Below are positions 56,644 to 64,000 of a DNA stretch of 64,000 nt, one piece after another (the stretch's first letter is position 1; every line of letters begins with the position of its first letter). The notes under the pieces were generated by a model. That model made no database searches, was not told where the DNA came from, and worked only from the letters and a program-made list of their open reading frames with translations. The translations under genes were made by a program, and so were the position numbers. The stretch spans positions 57,730 to 121,729 of the forward strand of contig CAYJXI010000002.1 of the NCBI GenBank assembly GCA_964374105.1, given 5' to 3'. The DNA is from an uncultured Planctomycetales bacterium (GTDB taxonomy: Bacteria; Omnitrophota; Gorgyraeia; Zapsychrales; JANLHA01).

Positions 56644-59616
56644 ATGTTTGATTTCATTGTCAGAAAAATTGCGGTTAAAAATGCGCAGAGATTTATTGAT
56701 CGATTGGAGCCTAAAGTCGGGATCCATATCCCGCGTGATTTGCCGATTCCCGCTATCGGCAGCGTAAAAAGGATGAGTGCCGTGGTTTCCAAGATCAATG
56801 GTCTTGAGCCTAAGATGAGCCAGATGTCGGATCATGAGTTAAAGGAAAAAACCCAAGAGTTTAAGATAAGATATGAACAGTCAATCCAAGAGAAACGAAA
56901 AGAGTTAGAGGAGCTGCAAAGTCAGCTTAAGAAAGCTGTATCCCTTGCTGACCGCGAGGAGTTAAGTCTCGCCTTAGCCAAGGGTAAAGAAGAATTCAAA
57001 AAAACAAGAAAAGCTGCCTTGAACGCCATTCTGCCCGAGGTCTTTGCGGTTGTCCGGGAGGTGGGAAAACGTGTTTTATCCATGCGGCACTTTGATGTGC
57101 AATTGGTGGGTGGGATTGTCCTGCATGAAGGAAATATTGCGGAGATGGCCACGGGTGAAGGGAAAACCCTTGTCGCCACCCTGCCGGCGTATCTTAATGC
57201 GTTGACCGGTGAGGGTGTACATATTGTGACAGTCAATGATTATTTGGCCAGACGAGATCGGGAATGGATGGGGCCTATCTATGAATTTTTAGGCCTTCGG
57301 GTCGGGGTGATTTTACATGATATGGATCCTCAGGAAAGACAGGAGGCTTATCATTGCGACATCACTTATGGCACCAATAATGAGTTTGGATTCGATTATT
57401 TGCGGGATAACATGGTGGATACGAAGAAACGGATGACCCAGCGGGGACATCATTTTGCCATTGTTGATGAGGTGGATAGTATTCTGATTGATGAGGCCAG
57501 GGTTCCTCTGATCATCTCTGGTCCCGCGGAGGAATCAACCGATAAATATTATACTGCCAACGAGATTGTCAAAAGATTAAAGGGAAGACGGACTACCGAA
57601 CAAGAAGAGGTGGATGCTAAATATCGTAATGAAGATCTCTCTATTGGTTATGATTACCTGGCTAATGAAAAAAATCGTTCTATTGCTTTAACCGAAGAGG
57701 GAGAAATCAAGGCGGCCCGTCAATTTGGAGTGGATAATTTGCATGACATGGATACCATTGAATACCGTCATCATGTCCTGCAGGCCCTGCGAGCAAAAGA
57801 ATTTTTTAAAAGGGATGTGGATTATGTTATGCGCGACGGTCAGGTCATCATCGTGGATGAATTCACGGGACGCCTGATGCCGGGACGGCGTTGGTCAGAC
57901 GGCCTGCATCAAGCGGTGGAAGCCAGAGAGGCCATTAAAATCGAACGCGAGAATCAAACCCTGGCGACAATAACCTTTCAGAATTATTTCCGCATGTATG
58001 ACAAGTTAAGCGGCATGACCGGCACCGCTTATACCGAGGCTAATGAATTTAAACAGATTTATCTCTTGGATTGTGTGGTGATCCCGCCCAATCGGATTTT
58101 AAGACGCACGAATCACACGGATTGCATTTATAAAAGTGTCAAAGAGAAATTCAATGCGGTTGTCAGTGAGATTGAAGATTACTATAATCGCGGTCAACCG
58201 GTTTTGGTAGGGACGATTTCCATTGAAAAGTCGGAATATCTTTCTTTAGCTTTACGACAAAAAGGTATTCCTCATCAGGTTTTGAATGCCAAGTATCATG
58301 AAAGGGAGGCCCAGATTATTGCCCAAGCAGGCCGCCACAAAGCGGTGACCATTGCTACCAACATGGCGGGACGCGGGACCGATATCTTGTTGGGTGGGAA
58401 TGCGGAGGTCCTCACCAAAAACCTTGCTGATCAGAAATTGAAAGATATGGAAAATAAAGAAGAGCGGGCCGCCTCGATGAAAAAATTTTTAGAACAATTC
58501 CAGCAGCAGGTCCAAAAGGAACACGAGTTGGTTGTCTCCATAGGAGGATTGCATGTCTTGGGAACAGAACGCCATGAATCCCGGCGGATTGATAATCAGC
58601 TGCGCGGACGATCCGGTCGGCAGGGAGATCCAGGATCATCGCGATTTTACGTTGCCTTGGAAGATGATCTGATGCGCCTTTTTGGCCAGGGGATTATGAA
58701 TATGTGGAATAAATTGGGGGTGGAGGAAGGTCAGGTGATTGAACACCCTTGGGTGGCGGGGGCCTTGGAGAGGGCCCAAAAGCGGGTCGAAAACTACAAT
58801 TTTGAAATCCGCAAACAGCTTTTGGAATTTGATAATGTCATGAATAAACAAAGAGAGGCCATTTATGGACTTAGGCGGATGATTTTGGAGAGTGAGGACA
58901 TTAAGGATCGTGTCATCGAAGCCATGGAAGAAATCGTTAACTTAATTTTAAACCAATATTTATTTTCTGGGCAACAAGAAGGCAACTGGGATATCGATGG
59001 CCTGGAGGTTTATCTAAAGTCAAAATTTAACTTTGATATTGCTCCCTTGAAAGAACAAATTCGTAACATGAATCAAGATGAGATTTATGATTTGATCTTA
59101 GGAGGGTTGCTTAAGGTTTATGAACACAGAGAGCAGGATTTTCCCAAGGAAGAGCTGCGGGAAATTGAGAAATTTTTACTTCTTAATATCATTGATGCAA
59201 AATGGAAAGATCATCTCTATGCCATGGATCAGCTCAAAGAAGGGGTGGGGTTAAGATCCTATGGGCAGCGCGATCCTTTGGTTGAATACAAACGGGAAGG
59301 GTTTATGATGTTCCAGATGATGTATGAATCCATCAACCAAGAACTTGTGGAAACAATTTTTCGAGTCCGGCCGGTTGTGCGAGGGAATTGGCCCAAAGGT
59401 GTCTTTAGTTCCTTGCCACAAAATTTGATTCATCAAGATATCACCAGTTTTTCCGCAGGACCAGAAGAAGGAGCTTCTTCTCTAGAATCTGATGCCATTA
59501 AAGAACCCCCTCTCTCCCCCAAACCTTATCAGAAATCTCAACCCAAGGTGGGGCGCAACGACCCTTGTCCTTGCGGCAGCGGGAAGAAGTATAAAAAATG
59601 CTGTGGAAGAGCTTAA
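56644..59616 (+). CDS. secA: Preprotein translocase ATPase SecA
   Basis: 990 aa. The DEAD-like motor and the C-terminal zinc finger [14 protein letters not shown] are present. There is a ~35-aa N-terminal insertion relative to E. coli SecA. Confidence 0.95.
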   Translation: MFDFIVRKIAVKNAQRFIDRLEPKVGIHIPRDLPIPAIGSVKRMSAVVSKINGLEPKMSQMSDHELKEKTQEFKIRYEQSIQEKRKELEELQSQLKKAVSLADREELSLALAKGKEEFKKTRKAALNAILPEVFAVVREVGKRVLSMRHFDVQLVGGIVLHEGNIAEMATGEGKTLVATLPAYLNALTGEGVHIVTVNDYLARRDREWMGPIYEFLGLRVGVILHDMDPQERQEAYHCDITYGTNNEFGFDYLRDNMVDTKKRMTQRGHHFAIVDEVDSILIDEARVPLIISGPAEESTDKYYTANEIVKRLKGRRTTEQEEVDAKYRNEDLSIGYDYLANEKNRSIALTEEGEIKAARQFGVDNLHDMDTIEYRHHVLQALRAKEFFKRDVDYVMRDGQVIIVDEFTGRLMPGRRWSDGLHQAVEAREAIKIERENQTLATITFQNYFRMYDKLSGMTGTAYTEANEFKQIYLLDCVVIPPNRILRRTNHTDCIYKSVKEKFNAVVSEIEDYYNRGQPVLVGTISIEKSEYLSLALRQKGIPHQVLNAKYHEREAQIIAQAGRHKAVTIATNMAGRGTDILLGGNAEVLTKNLADQKLKDMENKEERAASMKKFLEQFQQQVQKEHELVVSIGGLHVLGTERHESRRIDNQLRGRSGRQGDPGSSRFYVALEDDLMRLFGQGIMNMWNKLGVEEGQVIEHPWVAGALERAQKRVENYNFEIRKQLLEFDNVMNKQREAIYGLRRMILESEDIKDRVIEAMEEIVNLILNQYLFSGQQEGNWDIDGLEVYLKSKFNFDIAPLKEQIRNMNQDEIYDLILGGLLKVYEHREQDFPKEELREIEKFLLLNIIDAKWKDHLYAMDQLKEGVGLRSYGQRDPLVEYKREGFMMFQMMYESINQELVETIFRVRPVVRGNWPKGVFSSLPQNLIHQDITSFSAGPEEGASSLESDAIKEPPLSPKPYQKSQPKVGRNDPCPCGSGKKYKKCCGRA

Positions 59617-61157
59617 AGAAACCACCCTCTCTTTTATCTTCGATCATTCTTTGCCTTCTATCTTCTTTTCTATTAATTTTATCTTATCCTCAATTTAATT
59701 TTTGGATATTGGCCTGGGTCGGTCTTGTGCCTTGGATGATATCCTTGGAAGGTCAAAAAGGAGGGAAGGCCTTTGGTTTAGGCTATTTGTGTGGACTTGT
59801 TTTTTTCACCGGAACTCTTTATTGGTTTGTGCATGTGACCGTTCTGGGGACTATTTTACTCATGTTGTATCTGGCTGTGTATTTTGGTTTATTTGCTTTG
59901 GGTTTTGTGTATTTTCAAAGAAAAAAATATATTTGGAGACTGTTTTTAATCCCAAGCCTTTGGGTGGGCTTAGAATTTATCCGAGATAAATTTTTGACAG
60001 GATTTGGCTGGGTCAGTTTAGGTCATTCACAATATTTGGTGTTACCGCTCATTCAAGTCGCCGATGTGACCGGGGTATGGGGAGTTTCCTTTCTCTTGGT
60101 TTTGGTAAATTTTTTTTTAAAAGAATTGTTGCTTGATAAGAGAAAAGAGGGGCAACCGAGAACAGAGGTGGCGGTATCAACGTTTTTGGTTGTGGGGATT
60201 TTAATCCTCATCTTAGTTTACGGGATCTATCAACTTCAATTTCCCTCTAGGAAGCCAATGGCGAAAGTGAATATGACAATCGTCCAAACGAATGTCGTTC
60301 AAGAAATCAAATGGGATGAAAGGGCTTGGCCGTCCATTTTGGATAAAGTGTTAGCGCTCACCCAAAGGGCGGCCAGATCCCAAACTGATCTTATAATTTG
60401 GCCGGAGACATCTTTCCCGGGGATCTTATGGGAATCGGAATCGAAGAAAAGTTTTGAAAAGTTAAAACAATCCATCACCCAAGAGAGAATCCCCCTCTTG
60501 GTGGGGGCGGTGACAAAAGTAAAGGAAAATTATTTTAATTCCGCTATTTTGATTTCCAAAGAAGGGGAGATTGTACAACAACACGATAAATTGCATTTAG
60601 TGCCTTTCGGAGAATATATACCTTTAAGAAACATTTTTCCATTTTTCGAGGATATTGTCCCTATTGCTGATTTCACCGCGGGAAAGAGATTAACCTTTTT
60701 TCCGGTATTCCCCGATCGTCTCCCAGAACAAAATTATTATTTTGGAGTCCTGATTTGTTTTGAAGATACGATCTCCGAAATTTCAAGATTATTTGTCAAT
60801 AAAGGAGCCCATCTTTTGATCAATATGACAAACGACGCCTGGTTTTTAGATACTAAAGCTCCTTATTTGCATTTGCAGGCTAGCATTTTCCGAACGATTG
60901 AGAATCGCAGAAGCCTTGTCCGTTCAACCAATACGGGGGTTAGTTGTATCATTGATCCCTGGGGACGGATAACCCAAACTTTGCAGGATCCGCATGGGAA
61001 AGAAACATTTATTGAGGGATGGATCACTCCATCCATTCTTTTGAACGATCAAAAGACTTTTTATACAAAATTTGGAGATATTTTTACATATTTTTGTTTT
61101 GGTTGTATACTAATGGGTGTTGTTTTGGCTAAAAATAGGAAAGATCCAGTCTCTTAA
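59598..61157 (+). CDS. lnt: Apolipoprotein N-acyltransferase Lnt
   Basis: It has an N-terminal polytopic domain and a C-terminal nitrilase-like domain with the catalytic Cys context (VLICFEDT). Confidence 0.8.
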   Translation: MLWKSLKKPPSLLSSIILCLLSSFLLILSYPQFNFWILAWVGLVPWMISLEGQKGGKAFGLGYLCGLVFFTGTLYWFVHVTVLGTILLMLYLAVYFGLFALGFVYFQRKKYIWRLFLIPSLWVGLEFIRDKFLTGFGWVSLGHSQYLVLPLIQVADVTGVWGVSFLLVLVNFFLKELLLDKRKEGQPRTEVAVSTFLVVGILILILVYGIYQLQFPSRKPMAKVNMTIVQTNVVQEIKWDERAWPSILDKVLALTQRAARSQTDLIIWPETSFPGILWESESKKSFEKLKQSITQERIPLLVGAVTKVKENYFNSAILISKEGEIVQQHDKLHLVPFGEYIPLRNIFPFFEDIVPIADFTAGKRLTFFPVFPDRLPEQNYYFGVLICFEDTISEISRLFVNKGAHLLINMTNDAWFLDTKAPYLHLQASIFRTIENRRSLVRSTNTGVSCIIDPWGRITQTLQDPHGKETFIEGWITPSILLNDQKTFYTKFGDIFTYFCFGCILMGVVLAKNRKDPVS

Positions 61158-61209
61158 TCTTTTTAAGTAGAGGCAAGCCGGCGGGAAAGCCCCTCCCCGA
61201 TCGTAAGAG

Positions 61210-61971
61210 GTGGGACTTAATAACCTAAGAACTCTAGGGAGGATCTTTATGATACTAGGCAGAAATAGTTTAATGGTCATTGGTTACAGCTTATGCATCC
61301 TGTATGGGACTTCATTTCTAATTTATTTTTGGATTATGGCTTATGAGCCTTTCCGTATCCACTCGTTTGTTTTGTCGTTTCTTTTTTTTATTCTATTCTT
61401 TTCTTCATGGGCCACCATGCAATTTAAGGAATGGGGACGTAGAACACTCATCCTGGCCAACGGGATTGCTCTTGTCTATCAGCTAGCACTCTATAGTCAG
61501 TTTGCTGATTTTATTCAGCCGAGTTATCTTTTTATGCACGGTATCGTTGTTTTATTTTTCGGCCAGAAAAAAATCGTTCAACAATTTAAGGGAGAATGGC
61601 AATTCAAAAGAAAGAGTATTCTTATTGTTGATGATGATGAGGGGTTACAAAAAACGGTTCAAAAAATTTTGCTTCCTAGAGGTTACAGTGTTCTGACCGC
61701 CACTAGCGGTGAAAAGGGTTTGCAAATCGCAAAATTGCAAAAACCCGATTTGATCGTTCTCGATGTGATCCTGCCGGGCATTAAAGGAAGAGACGTGTGT
61801 GCTCAATTAAAACAAAATCATGACACAAAGAGTATCCCTGTGATTTTTCTAACCGCAAAAGATTCTGAAGATGATATTAAGGCAGAATTAGCGGCAGGGG
61901 GGATTTCCCATCTTACAAAACCGGTCAGCGCCAACACCCTGTTGGTAGAAATTAAAAAAATCCTCGGGTAA
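61210..61971 (+). CDS. Membrane-anchored stand-alone receiver (REC) domain protein
   Basis: About 130 aa of 4-TM N-terminal region, then REC (ILIVDDDEG...DLIVLDVILPG...TAKDS...LTKP). The phospho-acceptor Asp and conserved Lys are present. There is no output domain. Confidence 0.6.
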   Translation: MGLNNLRTLGRIFMILGRNSLMVIGYSLCILYGTSFLIYFWIMAYEPFRIHSFVLSFLFFILFFSSWATMQFKEWGRRTLILANGIALVYQLALYSQFADFIQPSYLFMHGIVVLFFGQKKIVQQFKGEWQFKRKSILIVDDDEGLQKTVQKILLPRGYSVLTATSGEKGLQIAKLQKPDLIVLDVILPGIKGRDVCAQLKQNHDTKSIPVIFLTAKDSEDDIKAELAAGGISHLTKPVSANTLLVEIKKILG

Positions 61972-62038
61972 TTTGTATATTCCTTATTTCAATCATGCAG
62001 ATGAAGTCAACAAGTCAGTCGAGTCATAACATATCAAC

Positions 62039-62752
62039 ATGAAATTAAGACTATTATTTAGATTAGTCGCATTTTTCTTTGCAATTTTGTACGGGACTTT
62101 ACTTTTAGTTTGGTATTTGACGGATAGGACACTGGATTTTGAATTGATTCTATTTATTGTTTTATTGCTTTCCACGGTAGGACTTATATTAGAAAAAGAG
62201 TGGGCAAGAAAGACCGTAGTTTTTGTTAGTCTGGTGGGAGTGGGTTATGTTTTGTGGGATATGATTTATCTTACGCGCCAGATGGATATCCTTCCTCTTA
62301 TTTTTATTGGAATTTGTATTTTGGTCATTTGCATTTATCAATATCCACAGTTTAAGAGATATTATCAAAGCGGGTTTCTTCATCCCAATTGGAAAATTTT
62401 GGTGGTCGATGATGACAAGATTTTTTTGAAATTAATCCGTACTCACTTCCTACGCTATGGGATTTATTTATTGGCCGCTCAGACAGGGGAGGAAGGCCTG
62501 CAAATGGCCAGTAAAAAGATTCCGGATTTAATTATCCTGGATGTGATCTTGCCTGATATGAATGGCAAAGAAGTTTGTGTTCAACTGAAAGAAGATAGTC
62601 GAACGAAAGATATCCCAGTGATATTCTTAACCGTTAAGGAATCTCCAGAAGAATTGAAGGCGGAGCTGGAGGCCGGAGGGATTTTGCATTTCACCAAGCC
62701 GGTTGATTTTCAAGAACTGTACTTAGAAATTAAGAAAATTTTAGGTTCCTAA
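62039..62752 (+). CDS. Membrane-anchored stand-alone receiver (REC) domain protein, tandem paralog
   Basis: Same architecture, with REC reading ILVVDDDKIFL...DLIILDVILPD...TVKESPEEL...FTKP. Confidence 0.6.
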   Translation: MKLRLLFRLVAFFFAILYGTLLLVWYLTDRTLDFELILFIVLLLSTVGLILEKEWARKTVVFVSLVGVGYVLWDMIYLTRQMDILPLIFIGICILVICIYQYPQFKRYYQSGFLHPNWKILVVDDDKIFLKLIRTHFLRYGIYLLAAQTGEEGLQMASKKIPDLIILDVILPDMNGKEVCVQLKEDSRTKDIPVIFLTVKESPEELKAELEAGGILHFTKPVDFQELYLEIKKILGS

Positions 62753-62849
62753 AGGGGATAGTCCCTAAAAAGGGTACACTTCCCTTGCCTAATGTTCCTA
62801 AGAGGGACACACAACTGTCCCCTTAACGTACTTAAGGGTTTGGAAGACC

Positions 62850-63821
62850 ATGTTGAATTCCCATGATCGGATTAAAAAAATTAAAAGGACTGTTGCCCGT
62901 TATGGTCTTTATACTTTTTCCTGGTTAATTGAGAAGCTCCCCTATCCCATTGTTAAGGGCATAACGCGTGCTTTTATTGCTTTAGGATTTCAATTGACGA
63001 TGAGACAGAAAAAAATAGCCAGAGAGAGTCTTAAGATTGCTTTTGGCCAGGTTATGGATAGGCACAAGATCAATCGGATTATTCGTGCTTGTTTTGAAAA
63101 TTTAGGGAGGGGCATGATTGAACTCATTTATTTTATGGCTCATCCCAAGATGATTAAAGAGAAAGTCTTTTTTGAAGGAAAGGAGCATTTGGATAATGCG
63201 CTTAAAGAGGGACGAGGAGTTGTTGCGGTCAGTGCCCATTTTGGGAATTTTCCATTAATGCTTTTGCGATTGGCCCAGGAAGGATATAAAACCAACGCCA
63301 TTATTCGGCCGACCCGGGACCAAGATATCGAGAAATATTTTCTTCAACAAAGAACTAAACTTGGACTTACGACAATCTATAGTCACCCGCGTAAGACGTG
63401 TGTGGATACAACGATCAAGGCTTTGAGAAATAATGAGATTGTCTTTATTCCTTTAGATCAAAATTTTGGAAGTGACGGCGGGATCTTTGTGGATTTTTTT
63501 GGTCAAAAGGCGGCAACGGCTACCGGCCCAGTTGTCTTTGCGAAGCGAACCAAATCCCTCATTCTTCCTATGTTTATTGTTCGAGAAAAGGAAGACCTCA
63601 ATAAAATTATCATCGAACCAGCTTTTGCTTTGGAAGAGATAGAAGATGATGAAGAGATGGTTTATGTGAATGTTTCCAAGATCACGCAACTCATTGAAAG
63701 ATATATAAGAAAGTATCCTCATGAATGGGGATGGATGCATCGTCGTTGGAAAAGTCGACCGGTAGGGGAGGAGAATTTAATATCTCAACTGAAGTATAAG
63801 TCCAAGAGTGAGGCCGTCTAA
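62850..63821 (+). CDS. Lipid A biosynthesis late acyltransferase (LpxL/HtrB-like, LPLAT family)
   Basis: 323 aa with an N-terminal membrane anchor and an HX4D-type acyltransferase region (SAHFGNF). Confidence 0.65.
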   Translation: MLNSHDRIKKIKRTVARYGLYTFSWLIEKLPYPIVKGITRAFIALGFQLTMRQKKIARESLKIAFGQVMDRHKINRIIRACFENLGRGMIELIYFMAHPKMIKEKVFFEGKEHLDNALKEGRGVVAVSAHFGNFPLMLLRLAQEGYKTNAIIRPTRDQDIEKYFLQQRTKLGLTTIYSHPRKTCVDTTIKALRNNEIVFIPLDQNFGSDGGIFVDFFGQKAATATGPVVFAKRTKSLILPMFIVREKEDLNKIIIEPAFALEEIEDDEEMVYVNVSKITQLIERYIRKYPHEWGWMHRRWKSRPVGEENLISQLKYKSKSEAV

Positions 63822-63837
63822 AGTAAAGTGAGGGAAT

Positions 63838-64000
63838 ATGTCGATAGATAAGAAGATTAAATCCAGCAAACCATTATTATTTATTTTAGGGAGTTTTGTT
63901 TTGATTTTGGGGACCATTTTGATATTACTTTGGTGGCAGGATGTGGTGATTCTCTTTCGAGGGATCTTTGGGATATTATTAGCCTTAGGTGGAATGTTTG
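63838..64000 (+). CDS. Start of a membrane protein (5' partial; continues beyond the window)
   Basis: An ATG with an SD is followed by hydrophobic segments. Confidence 0.25.
   Translation, partial: MSIDKKIKSSKPLLFILGSFVLILGTILILLWWQDVVILFRGIFGILLALGGMF

Noticed and set aside
56595-56835. ORFs 56595..56798 (-) and 56620..56835 (-) at the prfB/secA junction
   Set aside because: They are antisense to the 3' end of prfB and the 5' end of secA. They are shadow ORFs.
1-64000. tRNA / rRNA genes
   Set aside because: Intergenic regions were inspected by eye for cloverleaf-compatible 70-90-nt segments (GTGGTTCGA-like T-arm, CCA tails). None were convincing. A tRNAscan run would be needed to be certain.

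Overview
This 64 kb window is a moderately AT-rich chromosomal segment from what looks like a diderm bacterium, probably uncultivated. The diderm call rests on BamD, LptE, Lnt, an LpxL-like acyltransferase, PilT, ComEA/ComEC and a SecA with a zinc-finger tail. The first 5.7 kb are the 3' half of a type I-C CRISPR-Cas locus: a cas8c C-terminal fragment, cas7, then two non-cas genes, then cas4, cas1, cas2 and a minimal CRISPR array. The array has two repeats of the canonical I-C type and one 34-nt spacer. The two non-cas genes encode a DinD/Bro-N-like protein and a RhuM-family protein. Each is preceded by its own copy of a near-identical ~45-bp leader. A perfect 28-bp tandem duplication sits at the cas7 boundary, and the RhuM stop overlaps the cas4 start (ATGA). 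This cassette looks less GC-rich than the flanking cas genes. I rate it the most interesting candidate for an undescribed accessory module. The rest of the window is largely housekeeping: P-II, rpsU, DJ-1/PfpI, purH, folC, mnmE, mnmG, cysK, the thiSGH operon, speH, leuS-lptE-holA, rpsT, murJ, a short uvrC with an MGMT domain, pilT, prfB with its +1 frameshift, secA, lnt and lpxL. Interspersed with these are (i) a tandem pair of paralogous ~575-aa polytopic membrane proteins next to a tandem PilZ pair, and (ii) a carbohydrate-utilisation locus. The locus holds a GH94 phosphorylase, a sugar ABC importer, a GH2-like hydrolase, proteins carrying a novel ~110-aa repeated domain, a lipoprotein and a LacI regulator. 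I also note (iii) a family of GC-rich palindromic REP/MITE-like elements, one copy of which sits in-frame inside folC. Finally (iv) there is a tandem pair of membrane-anchored stand-alone receiver-domain proteins. No rRNA or tRNA genes were recognised.
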